DNA of 64,000 nt, taken from positions 1 to 64,000 of the IMG/VR virus record IMGVR_UViG_3300022377_000098. The stretch is one strand, 5' to 3'. The notes beneath the pieces are model-generated. The model was not told the origin of the DNA, did not search any database, and saw only the letters and a program-made list of their open reading frames with translations. The DNA comes from a virus. Lineage: Duplodnaviria > Caudoviricetes. The position numbers were made by a program, and so were the translations under genes. Within the stretch, counting starts at the first letter, position 1; each line of letters begins with the position of its first letter. Shown in pieces: positions 39,952-48,579 of the stretch.

Positions 39952-40352
39952 GTTTCTGTGCCTGCGACCTTTTTAATGTACACAGCATACTGCCAACCAG
40001 TGAAAATTACCTGTTTGACTGTATAGTTGTTGTTCATCGGGTGCTCTGCATCATCGTCCCGCAAGTTTCCGTTTGGTGTGACTCCGTACCATGCCGCTTC
40101 AAATTCCTCTGGAGAATACCCCTCAACATCAAACGGTGTGAACACGCATTTCTGCATTTTGGAAACGTCAGCGCCGTACTCTTGAATGTCTGCCGTATCG
40201 GTTATTGGCTGCACGTTCACATGGAATTCGGCAGGTTCGTCATAGCAGGAAATCATGTTCCCTGTTTCGAGCCCATTTTCGTCTTTTTCAGGAACAGGCG
40301 GCAGTTTCTTCGCAAACCAGATTGACTTTTTATCTTTGTTCAGGCTTCTCAT
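39948..40352 (-). CDS. Head closure protein
   Basis: MRSLNKDKK..W, DENG.ETG....Y..P motifs. Confidence 0.75.
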   Translation of the reverse strand: MRSLNKDKKSIWFAKKLPPVPEKDENGLETGNMISCYDEPAEFHVNVQPITDTADIQEYGADVSKMQKCVFTPFDVEGYSPEEFEAAWYGVTPNGNLRDDDAEHPMNNNYTVKQVIFTGWQYAVYIKKVAGTET

Positions 40353-40669
40353 GAAACCATCACCGCCATAGGAATGACTTCTTTCAGCAGGGAATCAGGA
40401 ATATCAGCATTTTCATAAGAGCGGTTGACTCCGTTCTCATTGTGAGCCGTTTCCCCCTCCGCTCCTTGCTTGTTATAAAGAAAAATTGCAATCTGAATTT
40501 GCAGTTCGTTATATTGGCTTTCCAGTGGAGCGTCAGGCGGTGACCGTCTGCGCTCTTTAATTCTCGACTCTGCCCGGTCAAGCATAAGGTTCAGCTTTTC
40601 ATCCTAGGAAGTGTCGATTACTGGAATATCAAGCCATACTTTCAGCTAATCAAGCTGTGTAGTAGTCAT
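40349..40669 (-). CDS. Head-tail connector (in-frame TAG at codons 8 and 22)
   Basis: MTTTQLD*LKVWLDIPVIDTS*DEKLNLMLDRA ... NKQGAEGET.H.ENGV.RSYE. Confidence 0.85.
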
Positions 40670-40674
40670 TGATA

Positions 40675-40830
40675 TTATCCTTTCCGCGTTACTCGTTTCT
40701 TCTCTGTGACGGCTTCTGCTACAGCGGGCTTAGAATCTGTATGCACCGGCTGTTTTACCGGCACATCTTCACCCGCCATATAAAACTTGTCACCATGTTT
40801 TACAATGTGGTCGAATTTCACAGCAATCAA
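40675..40830 (-). CDS. Small hypothetical virion-module protein
   Basis: 51 aa, H.VKH.G.FY.AGE.VP; overlaps the capsid stop codon. Confidence 0.5.
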   Translation of the reverse strand: MIAVKFDHIVKHGDKFYMAGEDVPVKQPVHTDSKPAVAEAVTEKKRVTRKG

Positions 40831-41906
40831 GCCACCTTTGCAACATAGACTTCGTCCATACGCTCATAGGACGGCGCAAGGATTTCGGAAGCGGTGGTAA
40901 TGGTCTGGTACGGCGCTTCTTTTGTGGTACTTACGGTGATGGTGATACCTGTGTTGAAGATAGCAAGCTGGTTGCCAGCCTGACGTGCAGAGCGTTCCTC
41001 CGGTGTCATGCCATACCACATAGTGCCAACGGAGCCGCCAGCGGGCAGGAAAGTAACATAACCATCCGGCATAAACGGATGTGCAGTGCCATCAATGCCC
41101 TTGTACATCTTATCGTAGACAATAATATCAATGCCGCACTTGATACGTAAGAACTGTGCAAGCAGATTATCATCCATGAAGATGTTTGCAGTAGCGTTCT
41201 GCGCCAGAATTGCAGACTTAATCTGTGCATTCTCCGGCAGATTATCAAACGTTGCCTGTGACATAATGGCAGTGGACAGCACTGTTCCGTTCTCTTTCAG
41301 AGCATTGCGCTTGATGGTACGAATGTCAGATAGCGGCTTAGAATTAGCCGTATCACTCCACAGGTTTGTGCCGGTCAAAGCAGTGTAGTGCTTTGCTTTC
41401 CATGTGCCGTCAGCATCATAGTTCATGGTGTAACTTGCACCATCTTTTCCAGTCAAATTGATAATGGGACTTCCGTCAACTGGTGCAAGCAGACTGAATG
41501 CCATAATTTCAGGCACTACCATAGCACCATCACGCAAAGTACCAGCATCATCAAAGATGCGGTTCAAAACGTCCTGCACAAACGGGTCGTTTGCATCACG
41601 ATTCTGCACTTCCATCAAATCCTGAATGTCCTTTTCTTTGACAATCATAGACTCACGGAAGAATGCCAGTTCCGTTTCAGAACGGCTCACACCTGCACGG
41701 TCGCGGAATGTCGGCTTTGCATCAAAGCTAGACAGATTGATTGCAACCGGAAGTCCCTTTGTGCCTTTCAGCCAAGACACAGTTAGCCCGGTTTTCTTTC
41801 GCGGTGCGAAGAAAGCACTGCCAAGATACGGGATTTCATTGGAATACGCAGTTGTCCAATCGTTTGCAACTGCATTTGCCGTAAAAATGTCCTAAAGTTC
41901 AGCCAT
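40827..41906 (-). CDS. Major capsid protein, lambda gpE-like (in-frame TAG at codon 5)
   Basis: AGGAGG RBS; MAEL*DIFTANAVANDW...IPYLG..FF..RKK.GL.VSWLKG; TAG at 41892-41894. Confidence 0.9.
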
Positions 41907-41921
41907 ATTTTATTCCTCCTA

Positions 41922-42236
41922 TTAGCCGATAAACTGAATATCTTTCAGTGCGGTTTTTGCTTCTGCTGCCGGTGCTGCCGGAAGTGCCGCGCTTTTGATA
42001 AATCCGTGGATAACAATAGTTGCGGTGCGGTCACCATCTGTAACATTTGTGTCAAACAGCAACACACCCTCTGCTGTTGCATCGTTTGCGGGGAGAATTG
42101 TGCCAGCCGGTACAATCTTTTTTCCCTCTGAATTCGCGGTTACGCCAGTAGCACTAACGGTGTACGGCTTGCCAACATAATGGTCGTTGTACAAAATTTC
42201 TTTTGTTGCAGTAACCGTTTCAGTTTTTACATTCAT
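41922..42236 (-). CDS. Head decoration-like protein
   Basis: GKKIVPAGT..P....A.GVLL.D.NVT.GD....IV.HGFI motif. Confidence 0.7.
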   Translation of the reverse strand: MNVKTETVTATKEILYNDHYVGKPYTVSATGVTANSEGKKIVPAGTILPANDATAEGVLLFDTNVTDGDRTATIVIHGFIKSAALPAAPAAEAKTALKDIQFIG

Positions 42237-42919
42237 TTATTTGTACCTCCCAATCTGTAGTGGTCGATTGCGGACTTTGCTGCTTTTGCGTGTTCAGTAG
42301 TGTCCCTACCTAGCACTTTGAGAATGTTAGTAGAAGAATCACCTGCAGGCTTACTGTCCGCATTCCCTGCTTTTGGCGGCTTTGCGCTCGCCATTTCAGC
42401 CTTGATTTTATCATTGGCAATCTTTTCCGACTGCGCCTTAATAACGTCAATCACGGACTTCACGGCTGCATCAGTGGTATCCTTGTCGGCTGTTACAACC
42501 GTGTCAAGAATCTTCGAGTATGCCTTTTCATCAACGCCTGCAAGCACGAACTGGCGCTCTGCTGAAAGCCTGTTGCGGTCTTTCGCAAGGCCGTTCTTTG
42601 CGGCTTCAATTTCCGCTTTTGCATCATCAATCTGCTTTTTAGCCAACTGGTCTGCGGTCATTTTGGACTCTACTTCCATTTGACTCTTGATTTCTTCGCG
42701 CAGATTGGTTTCGCGGGTTTTCAATGCCTGCTGAATCGCGCGGTCATAATCTCCCTGTGATTCAAAAGTCTTAAAAGGCTCTGACTTTACTGTAATTCCG
42801 TCTGCTTTTTGCGTTACAACCGTTGAATCGCCTGTTGATGCATTAGCAACGGCGCTTACATTTGCGTCAGCGCTGGACTGAACAGCGGTTCCGACTGCTG
42901 TATTAGCTTCTTCTGCCAT
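42233..42919 (-). CDS. Capsid scaffold protein (DUF4355-like)
   Basis: F..Q.D.DR.I..AL.T, coiled coil; upstream of the capsid gene. Confidence 0.75.
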   Translation of the reverse strand: MAEEANTAVGTAVQSSADANVSAVANASTGDSTVVTQKADGITVKSEPFKTFESQGDYDRAIQQALKTRETNLREEIKSQMEVESKMTADQLAKKQIDDAKAEIEAAKNGLAKDRNRLSAERQFVLAGVDEKAYSKILDTVVTADKDTTDAAVKSVIDVIKAQSEKIANDKIKAEMASAKPPKAGNADSKPAGDSSTNILKVLGRDTTEHAKAAKSAIDHYRLGGTNK

Positions 42920-43033
42920 TTTTCTTTCCTCCGTTGTGCCGCACCGTAACAGATATATAGTCCTCATAAGTGTTCAATCTGTGCCGTTGCGTCTGATTGT
43001 TTTTGATTTATAAGTAAGTGGAATCCCACATAC

Positions 43034-43420
43034 TCACGAATTTAAATAGTCTGCGATTTCAGACAAACTCTTGAAATATTTTCCACCATTTCGCTGAACC
43101 ATAAGGCCAACCCTATCAAGGGATTTATACTGTCCAATGCTGAACTTCAAATCTGGTTCATCAATAAAGGCGAATACGGTCTTTTCAGGGCGTTTGTTGC
43201 TATCGTCAACGACTTCTGCAATGCTGTAAACTCCCTGCATTCGTGGAGTGATAACGTACAAGCAAAAATCATCATTTGTGCGCTCCTGCAATTCCTACTG
43301 ATAGCATTCTTCTGTCCAGTCAGGTACAACCGGATTGAAATAATCAATCTACAGCATTGAAATCAGTTTTTTACGCCATTTGCTTTCTGCACAGGTGCCG
43401 CCTAAAAACACTTTCTACAT
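43034..43420 (-). CDS. Nucleoside 2-deoxyribosyltransferase-like protein (in-frame TAG at codons 2, 24 and 42)
   Basis: M*KVFLGGTCAESKWRKKLISML*IDYFNPVVPDWTEECYQ*ELQER..DFCLYVITP.M.GVYSIAEVVDDSNKRP. Confidence 0.85.
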
Positions 43421-43438
43421 ACTGTTATGTCCTCAATT

Positions 43439-44245
43439 TTATAGACAAGCGGAAAATTTCTTCCGTGTGCCGTCTAGGTAAATTATCGGTGTATCTTTTG
43501 AAGATGGTTTGAATTCACCAGTCTGCCCATAGCCACCATAATCAAGGCAAGCAGACGTGTTTACAAATAGCTTGTCTACCGATGACACGGTGCTATTGCG
43601 AATGTCTGCCCTAAAGAAAGATTCTTTTAATACCATAGGCAAGTGCGTATGGCTATGAATGTAAACGTCTGCATCAACAATGCTTTCCATATCAGCAAGG
43701 CGATTTATCTTTGAACCCTCTTTGCGGCCACCACCACTTCCATGCGTGGCATAAATGGTGTAGCATACCATTCTACTTTTGCCACTTCCATTGGTTTCCT
43801 TGTGGCCGTCAGACGTACTCCCAAATCTAAGGAATATGAAGTTTCCCTCTGCACAATATCTATCTTCTATGCCGAGTTCCCTCGCAATCAGCCTTGAAAT
43901 ATCAACACCATCCTGCCGGTAAACTCTCCGTTCGTGATTTCCGTCCTGCATAGAAACAATCTTGTCTTTTATTGGAAAAAGCAAGTTGCAGCATTCTTCA
44001 ATCTCTTGCATTGGGGAGAGCCTTTCAGCATAGCAATCTGATACGCTTGTTTTAGTTGCCGTGTTCATTAGGTCGCCATTAAGAATGCAATATGCATTTT
44101 CGGTGTCATGAATATGGTCTATGCGTTGCTGAATCAGCTTCCTGTCACAGGCTTTATCACCAATATGTAGGTCGCCTATTACATTCAATTCAACCGAACT
44201 TAGATTTCGTGAAAGGTCTGCTTTAACAATGTGAATTCTAATCAC
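43439..44245 (-). CDS. Calcineurin-like metallophosphoesterase
   Basis: GDLH.G, GDL.N, GNHE, H, H.H metal-binding motifs. Confidence 0.85.
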   Translation of the reverse strand: MIRIHIVKADLSRNLSSVELNVIGDLHIGDKACDRKLIQQRIDHIHDTENAYCILNGDLMNTATKTSVSDCYAERLSPMQEIEECCNLLFPIKDKIVSMQDGNHERRVYRQDGVDISRLIARELGIEDRYCAEGNFIFLRFGSTSDGHKETNGSGKSRMVCYTIYATHGSGGGRKEGSKINRLADMESIVDADVYIHSHTHLPMVLKESFFRADIRNSTVSSVDKLFVNTSACLDYGGYGQTGEFKPSSKDTPIIYLDGTRKKFSACL

Positions 44246-44270
44246 TTCCTTTGCTTATGGTTCTATAACA

Positions 44271-44344
44271 TGGAGCGAATAACCAGAATCGAACTGGCAC
44301 CGTCTGATTGGAAGTCAGAAGTTCTACCGTTGAACTATATCCGC
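44271..44344 (-). tRNA. tRNA-Gly (TCC)
   Basis: GCGGATATAGTTCAACGGTAGAACTTCTGACTTCCAATCAGACGGTGCCAGTTCGATTCTGGTTATTCGCTCCA. Confidence 0.88.
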
Positions 44345-44411
44345 ATAAGTGAATAGCTTTACCGCACGCTGTGGCGGTCGTTTTGCAGGCAGTAGGCTAT
44401 TAGACTTGCCG

Positions 44412-44463
44412 TGGTGGAAGATTGAGGAATCGAACCTCACTTCATGTGCACACCTTTTCTTCC
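44412..44463 (-). ncRNA. Miniature tRNA-like RNA (acceptor + T arm + CCA)
   Basis: GGAAGA...TGAGG TTCGATT CCTCA ATCTTCC A CCA; 52 nt; no D or anticodon arm. Confidence 0.5.
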
Positions 44464-44476
44464 ATAAAGCGGCATT

Positions 44477-44635
44477 TCAGCCGCAATGATTTCTTCCAAT
44501 TTGCAGAAGCGTTTGCTTTTTGATTTCTTGCAGCCGTTCAAGTTCTGCAATCTGCTCTGCGTTTGGGCGTGGCAAAGAGCGGATGTTATCTATCTGCTTA
44601 TTTACATCACGCCACTGTTTCACGCTGTCATTCAT
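44477..44635 (-). CDS. Small hypothetical protein
   Basis: 52-aa ORF coupled to the upstream stop codon. Confidence 0.4.
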   Translation of the reverse strand: MNDSVKQWRDVNKQIDNIRSLPRPNAEQIAELERLQEIKKQTLLQIGRNHCG

Positions 44636-44852
44636 CTGCTTTTGTAAGGTCGATGTCTTTTAAAAACTTTTCAAAGCTGTCACGATAACGAGCAATTATA
44701 ATTGTCATTGCCACATATGCCACGGCAAAGAATGCAGTTACAACAATCAGGGGCAAGAATACTACCGCCCACGGAATAGCAGGAAGTGCAAGCAGCTTCA
44801 AGAGCAAAATCAGCGCTGTAAGAACCGAAGTTGGAATATAAATCTCTTTCAT
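44628..44852 (-). CDS. Small membrane protein
   Basis: Two hydrophobic segments; LLKL...I.W..VFLPL. Confidence 0.65.
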   Translation of the reverse strand: MKEIYIPTSVLTALILLLKLLALPAIPWAVVFLPLIVVTAFFAVAYVAMTIIIARYRDSFEKFLKDIDLTKADE

Positions 44853-45082
44853 TTTTTCTCCTTTTCCACATTAGCTCGCAATTTCTTGATATAAGCGTCA
44901 GATAAGCTTGTTTCGCAATTTGTTGCATTGAGTTCAAGTTTTAGTATGGGAAGCGAATGGACGGAATCCTGCAAGAGCGTAAAAGACCTTACGTCATGAA
45001 TCTCATGTCCATCTATGAAGATGCGGGTAATTGCGCAGTTGGTCTTAGCTTGAACCTCACCTTTAATCTGAATATTTTGCAT
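44849..45082 (-). CDS. Hypothetical protein
   Basis: 77 aa with GGAGG RBS. Confidence 0.6.
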   Translation of the reverse strand: MQNIQIKGEVQAKTNCAITRIFIDGHEIHDVRSFTLLQDSVHSLPILKLELNATNCETSLSDAYIKKLRANVEKEKK

Positions 45083-45160
45083 TTTAAATACCTCCGTTAA
45101 TTAAAAAATAGCCGAAGCAGACAGCCTATTGGCTGCAAGTTTCGGTTCTCTTAGGAACTC

Positions 45161-45328
45161 TTATTTTATGTACCCACTCTGCATATTCCCACAACGCGGG
45201 CATTTGACTTCATAGTATCCGTTAAACTCACCCAGTTTTTTGTTGCACTTTCGGCACCGGGCTTCCTTTAGATTCGGTGTTGTTTGTTGGATTCGCAAGT
45301 TGTTTGCTGTCTGAACTTCCTTTAGCAT
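45161..45328 (-). CDS. Com-like zinc-ribbon regulator (55 aa)
   Basis: EARCRKCNKKLGEFNGYYEVKCPRCGNMQSGYIK identical to the prophage 1 copy; overlaps the portal 3' end. Confidence 0.75.
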   Translation of the reverse strand: MLKEVQTANNLRIQQTTPNLKEARCRKCNKKLGEFNGYYEVKCPRCGNMQSGYIK

Positions 45329-46829
45329 CTGATTCCTCATTTCCTGTAGGAATTGTGTTGTTTGTAGGCGCAAGCATAGCCGCCGCTTCATCCGTTTTCT
45401 GCTTCCAATATTCTTCTCCACGCTTTGCCATTTCGTTAGGCATTTCTGTAAAGTTGGAAAGCTCAATCGCATCTGTAGGAGTAAGAACTTTAGTCGCCAT
45501 CAAAGTTGAAAGTGTCTGCGACTTGTTAAGCATATTGTTTGTGCGGTTACGGACAAAGTTTACCTCAACATCCATCGGCTTGATGTCAATGTTGCTGAAT
45601 CGCTTTAAAATCTTGCAAACCATACGGAGCATTTGCTTTTCTGACTTCTTGAAATTTCTCTGCTTACACCGTGCTACAACTTCAAGGCTCTGGTATCCGT
45701 CACGCAGATAAACTGCATCCCCTGTGTCGCCAGTGCCGCCGCCCTTTGCCTTACGGTCAGGAATTCCGGTAATGGCGTACACATAGTCAATCAAAGTCTG
45801 TGCAAGCGTTTCAGCTTCGTTCTGATTGACGCCGGAATTTACATACTTCACGTCTGCTGGATTCTGCTGGTCGGAAGTCATTTCAAGAGCCATGCCTTGC
45901 TTCATCTTTTCAAAATCAGAAGTCCCACCATTCTCTTTTGCCGTTTTCAAGTGGCAGTTCACAAACACAAGCAGGCTGTTTACAAGCTGTTCAACACTGT
46001 TTACACGGTCACTGTGCAGCTTGTTCAACGCGTCAAGAATTGTCAACACGGATTCAAAGTCGCCCATACGGCACTGATTGTTTTTGTACTCCACAATTGG
46101 AACAGCACCAAGCAAATGTGCTTTTGGATATCCGCTTACAAGGTCTTTTGCAGTAATAGTTGTCTGTACTCCAGCGACTTCATACTGATATTGGTATGTG
46201 TTGTCATACACCGTGTACACTCTGCCGGTTGCGTTTCCGTAATCATCTAAAATATCAGAGAACGTAACGCCAAGTACAGGCTTTTTTACAGAATCAGTGG
46301 AATAAATGACGAATGTTGAACGTGCATCAAGTGTCGGAATCTCAAATGGTGCTTCATCCTCATCGCATTTTTCATCCACCGCAACAAGACGATATCCAAC
46401 GCCACAAACGGAAGCACTTTCGCCAACGTCCATGTCGTTTGCGGCTTTATCTTCGCTGTCCATATACTCATTTAGAGAGTCAATATCGCTGCGCTCTTTA
46501 TCGCTACCGCCTTTTGAAGTGTACTTGATTGGCTCGCCGAGGAAATAGCCGTTTGCGTTACGCACAATAGCCAGAGCGTTGTTAATCACGATGCGGTTAT
46601 TGATTTCCGGCCTAACCTTTTTTTCGCGGTAAATGATTGGCTGATTGCCTTTGTAGTAATTATACAGATATTCAATTTCCTGCTGATTATTTGCAAACTG
46701 TACCATAGCGCCGTTTACGATTCCCGGTATGGTTTCTTCACTGATTTCATTTGAAGTGCATAATTCCTATCTACCTAAAAATGTATGGTCTTCACCATAC
46801 CATGCAGTGGATAGAATATCTTCAATCAT
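45228..46829 (-). CDS. Portal protein, SPP1 gp6-like (in-frame TAG at codon 21)
   Basis: HTFLGR*ELCTSNEISEE..; YY.G.Q.I...NNRIV.N.A..IV....GYF.GEPI motif; TAG at 46767-46769. Confidence 0.9.
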
Positions 46830-47042
46830 TTATTCTTCACTTCCTTTAAGTCTATCTGGTGGACAAGTCTTACATTTCCCATCATCATCAAGGACTATGT
46901 AAAATCCGGCTGGAGCGCTGTATCTGGTGAATTTGTTGCCAGCTTCACACCATCCGTCTGTCTTGAAGATAACGTTTCCTGCGTCAACAAGAGATTTTAC
47001 CCATTCAGGAACTGGTTTGCTCCCAATTTCGTATGACTTCAA
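46830..47042 (-). CDS. Hypothetical protein
   Basis: TTG start after AGGTGA; between the suppressor tRNA and the portal. Confidence 0.55.
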   Translation of the reverse strand: MKSYEIGSKPVPEWVKSLVDAGNVIFKTDGWCEAGNKFTRYSAPAGFYIVLDDDGKCKTCPPDRLKGSEE

Positions 47043-47063
47043 CAAATCACCTGAATATTTTTT

Positions 47064-47139
47064 TGGTGCGCCATCTGCGGCTCGAACGCAGGCCACCCGG
47101 ATTTAGAGTCCGGTGCTCTTCCAACTAAGTTAATGGCGC
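47064..47139 (-). tRNA. Amber suppressor tRNA (anticodon CUA), tRNA-Lys-like body
   Basis: GCGCCAT TA ACTT AGTTGGAA GAGC A CCGGA CTCTAAA TCCGG GTGGC CTGCG TTCGAGC CGCAG ATGGCGC A CCA; 76 nt. Confidence 0.93.
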
Positions 47140-47326
47140 ATATAATAGCGGTATGGCATAATTGGACGGCGCAAAATTGCGCTGTCTAAATTCTTCACTC
47201 AATCCAGATTTGGTGTCAGTGATTTTTGATAATTATTTTAAACTGGTCGATTTCGACCACTTTAAATTCAGAGTACCTATCATGGTGAGAATTATTAATA
47301 GACGCGATAGGCTTTCCTAAAGACTT

Positions 47327-47383
47327 TGGTGAGATACCCCGGTCACGACCCGGCGGACACGTCCTATTGGACTGCCGTAACTC
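47327..47383 (-). ncRNA. Miniature tRNA-like RNA with CCA end
   Basis: GAGTTAC..GTCC-AATA-GGAC..CCGG GTCGTGA CCGG..GTATCTC A CCA; 57 nt. Confidence 0.45.
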
Positions 47384-47542
47384 ATAATAAGCGGGCTTTA
47401 TTCCATGTGCCTGCTAGTCATGGTCAAACTTTCTAGGTAAGTTTGCGAATCCAATCCAGTTCGCATGGACTAGCGCCCTGTTGACGGGGACTAGCATATT
47501 TCAGCTATAATATTCACCCTGTACGCCATCAGCTTTGGGAAT

Positions 47543-47630
47543 TGGCGGAAGATAGAGGATTCGAACTCCTGTTGCGTTACCGCTTACCTGCTTTCAAGGC
47601 AGGCTCTTTAAACCGCTCGGACAATCTTCC
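47543..47630 (-). tRNA. tRNA-Ser (TGA)
   Basis: GGAAGATTGTCCGAGCGGTTTAAAGAG CCTGC CTTGAAA GCAGG, long variable arm, G73-CCA. Confidence 0.88.
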
Positions 47631-47681
47631 ACAAAGATACCCGCCATTGTGCACATTGTTAAGAGGTGAGGTGGGTTTGTT

Positions 47682-47757
47682 TGGATGCGGATGCAGGATT
47701 CGAACCTGCGACTTCTAACTCATGGGGCTAGCGAGCTGACCACTGCTCTAATCCGCA
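47682..47757 (-). tRNA. tRNA with CAT anticodon (Met/Ile2-type), atypical
   Basis: TGCGGAT..GAGC AGTGGTCA GCTC G CTAGC CCCATGA GTTAG..ATCCGCA T CCA; C at position 33. Confidence 0.75.
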
Positions 47758-47820
47758 ATATATTGGGCGGCTACCTGCGCCGCCCGCTGCCAGTTTTCAT
47801 GGCAAAGTTTCAAGAATTGG

Positions 47821-48579
47821 TTATGCCGCTTTTGATTCTCTTTCAATTACAGGAAGTATTCCATGCTTTTTGAGCAACTCGTAAAGGAACAGTCGGCCTT
47901 TTTGTGTCCATCTGGTGTGAAGCACACTTCCGGGCGTTCCATCGTGATGGATTATCTGCTTTGTTGTACTCTTTGTATAGCCCTCATGCTGATATTTGCC
48001 GTACAAGAGCCATTGCCCACCCAATTTGTACTGTATGCCTTTATCATGGAGCAACTTATTCATACTTTCGCCACTCATGCCGTAATCTTTGGCAATTTGG
48101 GTGATGTTCACTGCATCCCTGCTGCTAAGTATTTCGTCAACATAGTTTGCCTTTGGCTCATACTCCGCGATTAACTGCTTTTGCTGTGTATTCTCTAAGC
48201 TAAGCGACTTTATGGTATCGTTAGCAATTTGCAAAGCGCGTGCCATAACCTTTTCAGGGCTGTTCCAGTTTTTCTCAATCTGCAAGAAATACTGTCGTGC
48301 TTGCTTTCCACGTTCCGTGCGCTGAATCATGCAGAGTTCTTTTGCCATGTCAATAGAGAGCGAATAGTCTGTGATTTCAGTCCATGGATTTTTAGGATTA
48401 TTGGTCGGACATTTTTGTCCGGGCAATTTTGCAAAGTCCACATTTTCTAAAAATCCATATTCGCACATTCTCGAAAACCAATGTGGAAAGTCTGTTTTGA
48501 CTTCAATGAACTTATGCAGTTCCCGTGCCGAAACTGCCGGTCTGTCGTTCTCATACTTGATTGGAATTAGTTCGTTCAT
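47821..48579 (-). CDS. Phage antirepressor (AntA/AntB + KilAC)
   Basis: VSARELH.F.EV.T.F..WF.RM.EYGF.E..DF; SIDMAKE.CMIQRTE.GK; ITQIAKDYGMS...WTQKGR.FLY. Confidence 0.88.
   Translation of the reverse strand: MNELIPIKYENDRPAVSARELHKFIEVKTDFPHWFSRMCEYGFLENVDFAKLPGQKCPTNNPKNPWTEITDYSLSIDMAKELCMIQRTERGKQARQYFLQIEKNWNSPEKVMARALQIANDTIKSLSLENTQQKQLIAEYEPKANYVDEILSSRDAVNITQIAKDYGMSGESMNKLLHDKGIQYKLGGQWLLYGKYQHEGYTKSTTKQIIHHDGTPGSVLHTRWTQKGRLFLYELLKKHGILPVIERESKAA

Noticed and set aside
47064-47139. Pyrrolysine (tRNA-Pyl) interpretation
   Set aside because: The tRNA has a canonical 5-bp anticodon stem, 8-nt D loop with GG, 5-nt variable loop and TTCGA T loop, unlike tRNA-Pyl, and no pyl genes are in the window. 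A host pyl locus elsewhere cannot be excluded from this window.
15214-47139. TAG->Gln (standard code 15) assignment
   Set aside because: Both suppressors lack the U1-A72/G73 features of bacterial tRNA-Gln and resemble tRNA-Lys, and remembered consensus residues favour Lys. Disfavoured rather than excluded until alignments or MS are done.
47543-47630. Opal suppressor
   Set aside because: Anticodon UGA reads UCA (Ser); this is an ordinary tRNA-Ser.
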